64,000 nucleotides of DNA from assembly GCF_963921235.1 (NCBI RefSeq), contig NC_086097.1, positions 21,888,001 through 21,952,000 on the forward strand. The letters run 5' to 3'. This document shows positions 51,218-62,872 of the stretch, one piece after another (positions within the stretch are counted from its first letter, which is position 1; each line of letters starts with the position of its first letter). Made by a program: the position numbers and the translations under genes. The notes beneath the pieces were generated by a model, which saw only the letters and a program-made list of their open reading frames with translations, was not told the DNA's origin and did no database searches. The DNA is from Mobula hypostoma (taxonomy: Eukaryota).

Positions 51218-52803
51218 AGCACACAAAAATGCTGGAGGAACTCAGCAGGCCTGGCAGCATCAATGCGACAAAGTAAACAGGCCAAGACCCTTCTTCAGGA
51301 CTGGCAAAAAGAGATGAGAAGTCAGTGTAGAAAGGTGGGGGGTGGGGAGAAGAAATACAAGGTTATAGGAGAAACCGGGAGGGGGGGAGCGGTGAAGTAA
51401 AGTGCTGGGAAGTCAATTGGTGAAAGAGATGAAGGGCTGGAGAAGAGAGAATCTGATAGGAGAGGACAAAAGGCCATGGAAGAAAGGGAAAGGAGCACCA
51501 GACGGAGGTGATGGGCAGGTAAGGAGATAGGTGAGAGAGGGAAATGGGAATGGGGAATGTCGAAGGAGATGGGGGGGGGCCATTACTGGAATTTCGAGAA
51601 ATTTTAGATTATGAAGACACGTAGTCCCCTTTTATTGTCATTTAGTAATGCATGCATTAAGAAATGATACATTACTTCCTCCGGTGTGATATCACAAAAA
51701 CACAGGATAAACCAAGACTGAAAAAACTGACAAAACCACATAATCATACATATAGTTACAAACAGTGTAACAATACCATAACTTGATAAAGAAAGTCCAT
51801 GAGCACAGTAAAGTTCAAAGTTTCTCAAATGTCCCACATCTCACGCAGACAGGAGAGGGAAGAAAAACTCTCCCTGCCATGCCGACCACAGTCCGACTCT
51901 GAGTCGTCCGAAAACTTCGAGCTCTGATCAGCTCTCCGACACCGAGTACTGAGCGCCATCTCTGTCCGAGCAATTCGACCTCTTTCTCGGTCGCCAAAAG
52001 CAGGCAAGGCCGGGGATTTTGAGGCCTACCATCCGAAAGGTTCCCGACCACACAGTAACAACAGCAGCGAATGGGCGTTTCAGAAATTTCTCCAGACATT
52101 CCTCTGTGCTTTCACGTCTATCTCCATCAAATGAGAAATTGTCCACAGCCCCTATTTAACAGATACGACATCATTTTTCACTGGACAGCTGCGCATGCGC
52201 GGTGTGCTGCCATCTTCTCCTCCCTCCAACATGATGTCATGCCATCAGGTTGGAGGCTACCCAGACACAATATGAGGTGTTGCTCCTCCAACCTGAGTGT
52301 ACTCTCATCGTGGCAGTAGAGGAGGCCATGGACTGACATGTCGGAATGGAATTGGGAAGTGGAATTAAAATGAGTGGCCACTGAGAGATCCTGCTTTTTC
52401 TGGCGGAAGGAGTGTAGGTGCTTGGCAAAGCAGTCTCCCAATCTATGTCGGGCCTCACCAATATACAGGAGGCCACACCAGGATCACTGGATATAGTATC
52501 ACAAGTGAAATGTTGCCTCACCTGGAAGGACTGTTTGGGCCCTGAATGGTAGTGAGGTAGGAGCTGTAGGGGCAGTGTGGCACTTGTTCCGCTTGCAAGG
52601 GTAAATGCCAGGAGGGAGATCAGTGGGGAGGGACAAGTGCACAAAGGAGGCACATAGGGAATGATCCCTGTGGAAAGTGGAAAGTTGGGGGAGGGAAAGA
52701 TGTGCTTGATGGGATCTCATTGAAGATGGCGGAAGTTAAGGAGAACATATGCTGGACGCAGAGGCTAGTGGGGTGGTAGGTGAGGACAAGAGGAACCCTA
52801 CCT
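51218..52803 (-). mobile_element. Penelope-like element 3' fragment, interrupted at 51604-52228
   Basis: VPLVLTYHP, QSFQVRQHFTC, VATHFNS..LRLEEQHLILCLGSLQPDGM. Confidence 0.87.
51604..52228 (-). mobile_element. Second, diverged copy of the AAGATGGC-headed retroposon
   Basis: Shares both ends and internal blocks with 684-1364; inserted in a Penelope element. Confidence 0.78.
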
Positions 52804-52807
52804 GATA

Positions 52808-53280
52808 TCAGAATCAGGTTTATTATCACCGGCATGTGATGTGAAATTTGTTAACTTAGCAGCATTTCAATGCAATACATAATCTAGCAGAGAAAAAAAA
52901 TAAAATTAAAAAAAAATAAATAAGTAAATCAATTATGGTATGCGAATATTGAATAGATTTTTTTTAAATGTGCAAAAACGGAAGTACTGTATATTAAAAA
53001 AAAGTGAGGTAGTGTACAAAGATTCAATGTCCATTTAGGAATCGGATGGCAAAGGGGAAGAAGCTGTTCCTGAATTGCTGAGTGTGTGCCATCAGGCTTC
53101 TGTACCTCCTACCTGATGGTAACAGTGAGAAACGGGCATGCCCTGGGTGCTGGAGGTCCTTGATAATGAAACTGCTATTCTGAGGCACTGCTCCCTGAAG
53201 ATGGCCTGGGTACTTTGTAGGCTAGTACTCAAGATGGAGCTGACTAGATTTACAACCTCCTGCAGCTTCTTTCAGTCCTA
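52808..53280 (-). mobile_element. Rex1/Babar-like LINE 3' fragment
   Basis: atcagaatcaggtttattatcac tail; similar to 14385-14830. Confidence 0.8.
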
Positions 53281-54101
53281 AGTCTGACATCTCAGTAGTT
53301 CTGGAATGAAAAGCTAGAACTACTGTGCTTGTGTGTGTTATTCTGGATTTCCAGCATCTGCAGTTTCTCTCCTGTTTGTGATACCTAATAAAGTTGCCAC
53401 TCTAGGTTTCATTAGCTGTAAAATAATGTAGAATGGACTGAAGTCTGGAAATGTGTGATAAAAATCTAAGCATTTCATCCCAGTGCAGTGTAAAGTAACT
53501 GGTTGAAGTATACAAAGAAAGATTGGGAATAATCACAACAATTTTTTCTCTTGGAATCATATCTTGGATTTTAAAAGATGTTGCTCTAGCTTCCGTCGAG
53601 GCCTTCACACGTTCAGCAGAAGGACTTTGGCTGAGCATTTATGAAAAGTAGTGTTGATCAGATCCTGGAAAAGGAATATTTTACCTTAACTTTTAGAGAA
53701 CCACCATTGCTTTGTTCATTTCACTTCCCGTGCATAACAAATTAAATAACTGTCCTCATAGAAGTAAGCTTTGGCCTCGGTTTTAGTGAGCCTGCTGAAA
53801 CTTCACAGTTTGGGAATTCCTGGTGTCTATGGGTGCATAGAAAGGGCTGATTTTCTTTCCCGTGGCGACACTTGGATTAACACAGTGATTTGGCTTTGAG
53901 GCATATAGAAGAGTGTGAAAATGGAGAGCCTACAAAAATAGTCGGACCTATGCATTTCAATGTGGCTGAAGAAACTGCAAAGAGCTGTGGACACAGATCA
54001 GTCCATCACAGGAAGCAGCCTCCCCTCCATGGACTCCTGTCTACATCTCAAAGTACAAAATTCAAAGCAGATTTGTTCTCAAAGCATGTATATGTCACCA
54101 T

Positions 54102-54682
54102 ATAAACACCAGAGTTTCTGCAGATGCTGGAAGTCCAGAGCAACGTACACAAAATGCTAGAAGAACTCAGCAATTCAGGGAGCATCTATGGAAATGAGTA
54201 AACAGCCAACGTTTCAGGCTGAGACCCTTCATCAAGAAAGGAAAGAAAGTAGGAAGGTGGAGAGAGGGGAAGGAGCACGAGCTACGAGGTAATAGGTGAA
54301 GCCAGGTGGAGGGGGAAGCCAGGAAGGATGAAGTACGAAACTGGGAGGTTATAAGTGAAAAAGATAAAGGGCTGGAGAAGAAGGAATCAGATAGGAGAGA
54401 AGAGTCAACCATGGGAGAAAGGGAAGGAGGAGCGGCATTGGGGGAGATGATAGGCAGATGAGAAGAGAAGAGGTAAGAGGGGAGCCAGAATGGGAAATTG
54501 AAGAAGAAGGAATGGGGACAAGAAAGTTACTTGGAAGTTAGATAAATCAATGCACATGCCATCAGGTTGGAGGCTACCCAGACAGAATATGAGGTATTGC
54601 TCATCCAACCTGAGAGTGGCTTCATAGAGGCAGTTGAGGAGGCCGTGGAATGGGAATAGGGTTTGGAATTAAAATGATTGTC
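54102..54682 (-). mobile_element. Penelope-like element 3' fragment
   Basis: DEQYLIFCLGSLQPDGMCID plus the PLE end with a hammerhead-like motif. Confidence 0.85.
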
Positions 54683-55917
54683 CAGACTCGGGGCTAGGGC
54701 CATTGGGCCTCGATTTATGGACTCAGATTAAGCTTTTGGTTTCTCTCTGGACTTCCGATTGACCCAGGACTTATCGATGATAATGAATGAGGACCCGAAA
54801 TCCAGATGTTGAAATCCAGACTCGCCAATGGTGGGATCGTGAACACTAGGGCTCGAAACCCGGTCTCACAATTCGGGTACAATAATACAATGATTCGGAT
54901 TTAGTCATTCCAATCTCTGATCAGTAAGGATTACCAAACATTTGTTAATTCCTCACACAGCAACTCTTTGACACTTTCCCATGCAGTGGTCTGTAATGTG
55001 ATTCTTTAAAGGTGCAATGCCTCCCAAGACAATGTATGCAGATGTTTCTGAAAGCTACGATATGATTGGTCCCCATTAGTTACACGTCTTTAGCAAAGGC
55101 TGGAGAGTGTCATAGGAATTCACAGCCAAACCTATTAGACAGTACTACCTTATAAAATCATTCTACACATCTCTTGAGAACGTGCAAATCTTATTCCACT
55201 TCAAGTATGCTGGCAGTAGCCAAATCGTGAATAAATAATGACGTCTTAATTTGTTGGAAGAATAGGTGGTGAGAACTGAACTGTTCAGTTCAATTCAAGT
55301 TTAATTGTCATTCAACCATACATGAATACCCATGAATACAGCTAAATGAGACAGCAAAACACAGTACAGAGTCACACAGCACGGAGCACACAAAGCACGT
55401 ACAAAATAGCAAGAACATAAAGGTTCAGTAAGATACAGCCACACAATAAAAAAGCCTAAACTCAAGCCACATTCTGCCAAATGAACGCTAGGGGGCAGTA
55501 CCAACTCCAGCCAGGACGCCACGCCCACTGCCTCTGGCAGCTGTAAACAGGCGACACCGTGGCTTGAGACCTAGACCTTGTACATACAAGGTAGCAAGCA
55601 CATATCAGTTAAATACACACCACACAGAATATATATATATAATCCATATTATTTCGATGGAGCTCACTGGCTCCGATGCCTCCCTCCTGGTGGCTGTATG
55701 CAGATGAAACTTCAGCTGTTTAAGTTTCTCTCAGTTTTTGTGGTCCCACCTGCTTTCTCAGGTGAGCAGCACCGATCCCAGTGCACACCTTCAAAGAAGA
55801 AGAGAGAAGTTGTTCAAGATTCAAGATTCAGATTTATTTATTACACATACATCGAAGCATACAGTGAAGTGCGTCATTTGAGCTACCTGGATCAGGGGTT
55901 GCATTAACACCCTAGTT

Positions 55918-55996
55918 CAAGTGTTCTCAACCTGGGGTCCATGGACCCTTTGCTTAATGGTTTTAGTCCATAGCATAAAAAAGATTGGGAACCCCT
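55918..55996. mobile_element. ~80-bp hAT-Charlie-type MITE
   Basis: caagtgttctcaa...ttgggaacccctg; flanks ccctagtt / ccctagag. Confidence 0.7.
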
Positions 55997-56307
55997 GCCC
56001 TAGAGTGTACTGGGAGCAGCCCGCAAGTGTTGCCTCACCTTTCAGTGCCAACAGTGACTCTGCACAGGAACACAACGCAACAAAACAGAATGCAACAAGC
56101 AACAAAACAACAACATCAAAACAAGCCCCTGCTCCTCCCTCCCACCCATAGAGTTGTCCCTGATACCTTGACAATATTTATCCCCAATCCACATCAGCAG
56201 AACAATTTTTATGATCTTAATCATAGTTCATCTTGTGTGATCTTTGAGTGTGTCAAGATTGGGTGTGATGTTTCGCACATTACAACAGCAATCCCTGTAC
56301 AAAACTA

Positions 56308-56752
56308 ATGTATGAGCTGTGTTTGATGGCTTTGGGCCTGTACTTGTTGGAATGTAAAATAATGAAGGAGGATCTCATTGAAAACTATCAAATATTGAAA
56401 GGCCTTGATAGAATGGGCATGGAGAGGATGTTTCCCATAGTGGGGGAGTCTAGAACCAGGGTGAACAGCCTCAGAGGAGGAAGATGTCCATTTACAACAG
56501 AGATAAGAATTAATTTCTTTCGCTAGAGGGTGGTGAATTTGTGGAATTCATTACTACAGACAGCTGTGGAGGCCAAGTCATTGGGTATATTAAAAATGGA
56601 GGTTGATAGGTTCTTGATTAGTAAGGGCATCAAAGGTTACAGGGAGAAGGCAGGAGAACGGGGTTAAGATCAATAGTAAATCAGCCATGATGGAATGGCA
56701 GAGCTGACGATGGTCCGAGAGGCCTAATTCTGCTCCTATATCTTATGCTCTC
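56308..56752 (+). mobile_element. CR1 LINE 3' fragment
   Basis: MALGLYLLE..KGLDRM; shared 3' end. Confidence 0.8.
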
Positions 56753-58832
56753 AAATTACTTCCTTGGAGCAAAGCTCTTTTTAATCTCCAGTAACTAAAG
56801 ACCATAAGATCATAAGATATAGGAGTAGAATTTGGCCCATCGAATTTGACTCATGAAGTTGTAGGTGATGCTGAGGCAGGCAGTGCCACTGAACACATGA
56901 GGGGTAGCAGATTGATGTAGTTAGTGGAGCTGCTGTCTCACAGCTCCAGAATTCCAGATCAACCCTGAACTCCACTACTGCCTCCATAACACTTGTACAT
57001 ATTTCCTGTCCCAGTTCCTCAGTACTGTACCGATGCAGTCTCAACCCAAATCCTCCATCAGTTGCTGCTCGAACTGTTGTGCACCTCCAGTAGATTATTT
57101 GTCGCTCTAGATTCCAGCATCTGCTATCTCTTCTGTCTCCACTGCAGGGGCTTCATCTGGGTGTTCCAGATTACTCCCAGATCTTCTGCACCAGTAACAC
57201 CTGAACTTCAATTCCCCTATTTTTTAAATAATCTTCCTCCATTTGATAAACAAACAATGAAAGGGTATGGGCAGTGTAGGAGGGAAGGGTTGGATTGATC
57301 ATGGAATATATTAAAAGGTTGGTACAACATAGTGGGCTGAAGGGCCTGTACTGTGCTGTAATGTCCTATGTTCTATGTTCTATGAAAACTGATGTGAAGT
57401 ACTCATTTTAATGCTCTACAATTTCTATATATTCCATCATTAATTTCACAATTCACCTTTCATGGGTCCCATGCTTATTTCTTATGCAACCATGGAATTT
57501 CTGCAGAATATATACTTGATCCTCACCCCCACCTCACAAACACACAGACACACTTTCCTTCGCCATCACAGAGACCACCAACCTACGTAGTTTGGAGGGT
57601 GTGTCAGCAATGCTGTTTCATTTGGCTATGTTTATGTATAGTTGGATGGTAATTAAACTTGAACTTGAATTTGAATTTGAGAGCCCTAAGTGGTGGAGGA
57701 TTCACTCAAGCTCTCTGCAGAACGAAGGATAGGGTAACTGGGACAATCCAGGCTGGAGAGGCTACATTCGTGGTCTGATGGATCACAGATGAAGACATCT
57801 AGGACTCAGCATGTAGCTTACAATCAGTGTCAACCTTTCAAGTCCGTTGAAGTACCTGCTAGATTCCTGGCTTGCGCCATCAGAATGGAAGTGGGAATCT
57901 GGAATTGATTCAAGGATATATTGCTCAGTCCTCTGAATACTGGAGGAGAGGCAGTCTGCAGCTGGCAGGTCTCAGTGGGATCTCAAAATACTGCCAGTTT
58001 GCTTCCAGAGTCCTGATTTCGAAAGTTAACAGGGAGTTCGAGACCCTCCCATTCCCCACCTGTCTGGATAGGGAACGCCATGTTGAAACACAGACCCTGA
58101 GCCTGGGAGTACAGGTGTATGTACAAACTGACTACTTGGTATTGGTAATTAGTTTATTATTGGCATGTCTTCCAATATGCAATGTAGAGCTTTTGTCTGC
58201 ACGCCATCCACGAACATCAAGCCATACATGAAGTTGCATAAGACATTACTGAGAACAAATTTGGAGTATTGTGTGCAGATCTGGTCACTTACCTACAGGG
58301 AAGCCCTCCCCACCATTGAGCACATCTGCACAAAACATTGTCACAGGAAAGCTGCATCCATCATCAGGGACCCCCCTCATCCAGGACATGCTCTCTTCTC
58401 ATGGCTGATATCAAGAAGAAAGTACAGGAGCCTCAGGACTCACACCACCAGGAATTGGAACAGTTATTACCCCTCAAACATCAGGCTCTTGAACCAAAGT
58501 GGATAACTTCACTCAACTTCACTTGCCTCATCATTGAAATATTCCCACAACCTGTGGGCTCAGTGTCAAGGACTCTCCATCTCATGTTACAACATAGAAC
58601 ATAGAACATAGAATAGTACAGCTCAGTACAGGCCCTTCGGCCCACAATGTTTTGCCGACCCTCAAACCCTGCCTCCCATATAAGCCCCCACCTGAGATTC
58701 CTCCATATACCTGTCTAGTAGTCTCTTAAACTTCACTGGAGTATCTGCCTCCACCACTGACTCAGGCAGTGCATTCCACGCACCAACCACTCTCTGAGTA
58801 ACATCCCCCTTGAACTTCCCACCCCTTACCTT

Positions 58833-59696
58833 TGTTACGTACCCCGTAACTGGGTTGCCAAACCAGCAGAAATGGATCACTCGGTTGGAGTCTGGAGTAC
58901 TAGAACTAAGAAAGTTTTTTTTAAGAAACAAGCAACACAGTAATCGAAAGGATAATAAATGCAACAGTTCAGCGATGATAAACACACATGTGCACAGAAT
59001 TAAGATAACAGCATCAATCAAGCTCTATCGTTGTCTAGGGGTAAATGACCAAATTTCAAAGTGACTCAAAGTTCAGTCCAGTTTAGTAGTTCAGTTCGCA
59101 GTAATCGTTGCCATGGCGATGGACAACGTGGGGGGAGAGAGAGAGAGAACAGGAACAACTGATCATTCAGACACTGCTTCACTCACAGACCAGCGAGATG
59201 GCTCACAAGCAGCTTTTGGGCAGGTCCTTGGTGATGTCACCTGAGGTCACCGACTGTGACCCCTCCTCCAGATGCGGTCGATCCTCTGCAGTGAACCCGG
59301 CACCCAGGCAAGGGCGGACACACACCGGGTTCCCGCTGATCGTACCTTTCCACCCTGTGCGTTGTCCGGTACTTCTCACCAACTCATGAGAGGTGTACCG
59401 CTTCCAGGGTCTCGTTACCTCGGGTGGCGTGTGTGTGCTTGTCTTAGCGAACCTGTCCCTTTTTATCCCCCTGCTGGGGTATCGCCTGTCCATCACTTCA
59501 AACAGTTCAAGGTTCAAAGGGGGGAGCCGCTCCAGACAGCTCTCTCTCCCACGTCCCTTCATTACACATCTCCAGACGCTGCTCCATTGTTCCTTATCTC
59601 TCCTTCCCCTGAGGGCAGGTGGCAGACCACTTGCTGATGTCACTGATGCTAACCCAGGCCAGCAAACATCTTAATTTTATGTGTATTCTCGTCACA
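58833..59696 (-). repeat. 3' LTR of the Gypsy element
   Basis: About 12 substitutions and no indels versus the 5' LTR by manual comparison; preceded on the minus strand by a polypurine tract. Confidence 0.95.
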
Positions 59697-59708
59697 CTTC
59701 CCCCCTTT
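59697..59708 (-). promoter_or_regulatory. Polypurine tract
   Basis: Minus strand AAAGGGGGGAAG directly before the TG of the 3' LTR. Confidence 0.9.
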
Positions 59709-59825
59709 AAGGATTTTTACCGGGAGGTAAAAATTACAAACATGAATACATTATTTGATACATACACAAATATACATCTTTATCAGCTATTTGGCTAACA
59801 CAGCGAGTTTGAAGCTGTCAACACC

Positions 59826-60761
59826 TTGACAGACAGTCATCACATTTTCTATTCCTTTTACACGTGTTATTAATAATCCCTTAGACCAGGCTCCAACTCA
59901 GCAAACTTCATAGTGGCCAAAAACACTGACGAATTGCGACCAATGTAACCTCTCATTTGGTTTTTTCCCGGACCACAATAACAAGGGTCGTCCCATTCCG
60001 ACTTAGTTTTCTCTCGCAAGGGCTTAGTAGGAGGGGGACGGGTATTGACCGCAGAGTTATTGCAAAACTTCCTGCAGTACCCCACCATCTCCAAGAGCCT
60101 TCTGAGGGCCCTCTTGTCTGTCGGGGTTGGGAGGTCAGCGATAGCTTGCACTGTAGCTTGCATCACTGCCAGCTGCCCCTGTGTCACCACAATTCCCAGG
60201 TAAGTGACCCTCGTGTGGCCGAATTCATTTTTTTCAAGGTTCACTATCAAGCTGGCTTCAGACAGCCGTATTAAATTGCCAATACACACCTCTGTGTTCA
60301 TCAGCCCTTTAGTCACTGAATTACTCATTATATATGCGTGTTCTTTACTGGGCTGCCCTATTGTAACAGACATCACCCAACGTCCCAGTTCTTTGCATTT
60401 CCTCGGGACAATCAAACACACGGGTGCGAGTCGTTTAATTACTTCTTCTAAAGATTCGCTTTGTTCGGGGATTAAGGGAGAGACCTTATCAGTAGACCTG
60501 GCCAAAACAATAGCCTTCTCCCATCTGATCGATCCCATACTAATCTTTTCAAAATGGTTTTTTTCTCTTATCAGGGGGCCCCTAGCTTCATTGATTTCCA
60601 CGCTAACACCGACTAGGTTTGTTAGCATACCAAAAGCCGGTGACCGTCTCAGTTCGCGTCGGTCATGATCAATAACATTTTTCCCCCTGGGCAGCTGGTA
60701 AATCTCTTTCATGATTCCACCAACTGTTTCCTTCAGCACCGCAAAATGTCCACCGGGGGGG
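59826..60761 (-). pseudogene. Degenerate pol remnant (RT thumb-like region and RNaseH C-terminal tail; no YxDD, no DDE core recognised)
   Basis: Open frame with RLSEASLIVNLEKNEFGHTRVTYLG and IADLPTPTDKRALRRLLEMVGYCRKF; the YIDD position reads VCIGN; a frameshifted KGIENV..DCLSR tail lies at ~59826-59865. Confidence 0.8.
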
Positions 60762-62774
60762 TACCTCGTGGGCCATGTTAAAAACCTCATCCCCATAACT
60801 CTTTTGCACCAGCCCCCACTCCTCATCTGCGGATACTGTACTTGATTTCCCTTTTAGCACTTCCTCCTCCGCACAATAGCCTACTAGTTCCCTTGTCAAG
60901 GCTGTGTCAGAGAGAGCGGTCTCTGCCAAAACTATCAGACCCTCGTCTCGCTCCTGCGTCTGCACAAATTCTTTCCTGGCTACTGCTACGTCCGTCCCAG
61001 CTCCCTCACTACCTCTTGTCTCACTACACCCCGTCTCATACAAGGTTGGCAGAAATGTTTCAGCTAAATTCACTATCGCGGGCCCGTGATGAACCTGTGA
61101 GTCCATGGGCGGGGCCTCAATGCTGGCAGGCTGACCTGTCAATCTCACGACTGGGAACACGATTCCCCCGGCGAGGTCATTACCGAGCAAGACTTCCACG
61201 TCTTTCATCGGTAATTCGGACCTCACCCCGATCGTGACTAGTCCAGAGACCAGGTTGCTCTGTAAGTGTATCTGGTGCAAAGAGACTGACTCTGTCCCTT
61301 CCCCAACACCTTTGACCTCTACCTCCCCAGTCTGGGTCTCTGAGCTAAACTCTAATACACTCTTCAGTATTAGTGACTGACACGCTCCCGTGTCTCTCCA
61401 GATCCGCACTGGAACTGGTTTTAACCCCTCCTTCACTGACACCAGTCCGGCCGAGATAAACCTCTCGCGCCCTTCCTGGACTTTTTCAGACCTGTCCTTC
61501 CCTAGCGGTTCGCTTAACAGCTCGATACAGCCATTCAAAATCTCCGCTTTTCCTTTCCCCGTCTCCTTCCTTGGGGCAAAGCACCTGGACGCAAAGTGTC
61601 CGACTTTCCCACAATTATAACAGACGACCCCAGGAGACTTCCTACCAGACTGCTCCCGGTCTACCTTATCCTTTTCACTAATCCCCGGCTTACTTTCTGA
61701 CTTTTCCGGCGGACTCTCCCCGCCGTCCTGACTACCCTTCTGGTAGCCTTTACTCGGGGCAAACTTCATTTTATGCGTCAACGCATACTCATCCGCTAAC
61801 TTAGCAGTTGCGGCTAACGTGGCTGCCTCTTTCTCATCGAGGTAGGGTCTCATACCCTCAGGGACACAACCTTTAAACTGCTCAATCAAGATCAGTTGTA
61901 GCAGTCTGTCATAATCCCCCTCTACCCCTTTCGAGGCGCACCAACGCTCACAATATGTTTGCATTTCACGAGCAAACTCCAAATACGTGCGGTCCCACTG
62001 CTTCCTCGCATTCTGGAACCTCTGCCGGTATGCCTCCGGGACCAACTCATAAATTCTGAGGATGGCCTCTTTCACCACCTCATACCTCTGGGCATCTTCC
62101 GCGAACAAAGCTGAGTAAGCTTGTTGGGCTTTCCCTTTCAGTACACTCTGAAGTAAAACAACCCACTTATCCCTCGGCCAGTCCTGACTTATAGCCACTT
62201 TTTCGAAGTGGAGGAAGTACCGATCCACGTCGGTATTGTCAAATGGGGGAACCAGCCTAACCTCCTGGGTCGCCCGGAACCCTCCACCTTGGTTCGGCAC
62301 GAGCCCCTGCTCGGCCCTTATCTTTAACTTCTCCAGCTCAAATTCCCTTTCCCTCTGTTTCCCTCTCTCTTCTCGCTCCCATTGCCTCTCTTTCTCCTCT
62401 CTCTCTAACTGTCTCTCTCTCTCTTTCTCTTCTCTCTCCAACTGTCTTTCTCTCTCTTGCCTTTCTAACTCTCTCTCCTTCTCTTCGTGTTCTAACTGCC
62501 GTACCCGGAACTCGTGCTCGAGTCTCAGTTTTTCAAGCTGTACCTGTACCGCGTCTCCAGCAGGTTTTTCAATATACACCACCCCCAGCTCACCTTGGGG
62601 AAACACACCTTTAGATACATAGTGCTCTACAATAGCTCTGTGTATCTCCTCTCTCCTCATTGTCGACTTCACCTTAGCAAGATTCAACTGTTTGGCCACA
62701 GCTATCAATTCCGATTTCCTGGCATCCTCTAATGCCTCCAAGGTCAGCGCCTTTATAAATTCCTCAGCCTCCAT
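60669..62774 (-). CDS. Gag-protease polyprotein (E/R-rich coiled coil, SCAN-like capsid domain, CCHC knuckle, aspartic protease, start of integrase Zn-binding region)
   Basis: 701-aa ORF; LVPEAYRQRF...LILIEQFKGCVP (SCAN-like); CYNCGKVGHFASRC (61581-61622); WRDTGA (DTG at 61386-61394); VLLGNDLAGG; ends near MAHEVPP. Confidence 0.9.
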   Translation of the reverse strand: MEAEEFIKALTLEALEDARKSELIAVAKQLNLAKVKSTMRREEIHRAIVEHYVSKGVFPQGELGVVYIEKPAGDAVQVQLEKLRLEHEFRVRQLEHEEKERELERQERERQLEREEKERERQLEREEKERQWEREERGKQREREFELEKLKIRAEQGLVPNQGGGFRATQEVRLVPPFDNTDVDRYFLHFEKVAISQDWPRDKWVVLLQSVLKGKAQQAYSALFAEDAQRYEVVKEAILRIYELVPEAYRQRFQNARKQWDRTYLEFAREMQTYCERWCASKGVEGDYDRLLQLILIEQFKGCVPEGMRPYLDEKEAATLAATAKLADEYALTHKMKFAPSKGYQKGSQDGGESPPEKSESKPGISEKDKVDREQSGRKSPGVVCYNCGKVGHFASRCFAPRKETGKGKAEILNGCIELLSEPLGKDRSEKVQEGRERFISAGLVSVKEGLKPVPVRIWRDTGACQSLILKSVLEFSSETQTGEVEVKGVGEGTESVSLHQIHLQSNLVSGLVTIGVRSELPMKDVEVLLGNDLAGGIVFPVVRLTGQPASIEAPPMDSQVHHGPAIVNLAETFLPTLYETGCSETRGSEGAGTDVAVARKEFVQTQERDEGLIVLAETALSDTALTRELVGYCAEEEVLKGKSSTVSADEEWGLVQKSYGDEVFNMAHEVPPRWTFCGAEGNSWWNHERDLPAAQGEKCY

Positions 62775-62850
62775 TTCTGCTGTTTGTCTTTTCTTTCTTT
62801 CAGGAATTTTAACCCAATCAATTTACTCCGTCCCAAATTTAGCATTCAAA

Positions 62851-62868
62851 ATCCCGGACGAGCCCCCA
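62851..62868 (-). promoter_or_regulatory. Primer-binding site complementary to the tRNA-Pro 3' end
   Basis: Minus strand TGGGGGCTCGTCCGGGAT, the 18-nt tRNA-Pro PBS known from MLV-type retroviruses. Confidence 0.92.
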
Positions 62869-62872
62869 CTTA

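Noticed and set aside
57872..58231. 119-aa ORF in unique sequence
   Set aside because: Non-ATG start, no recognisable domain, and it runs into a repeat tail
58165..58506. 113-aa ORF joining CR1-like and Rex1-like peptides
   Set aside because: Chance in-frame junction of two decayed LINE fragments; no evidence of a gene
59108..59674. ORFs inside the LTRs (also 63148-63714 and 32586-33169)
   Set aside because: They recur only because the LTRs are repeats; frames are not preserved between subfamilies and no domains are recognised
60204..62732. Plus-strand ORFs opposite gag-pol
   Set aside because: Antisense shadows of the retrotransposon ORFs
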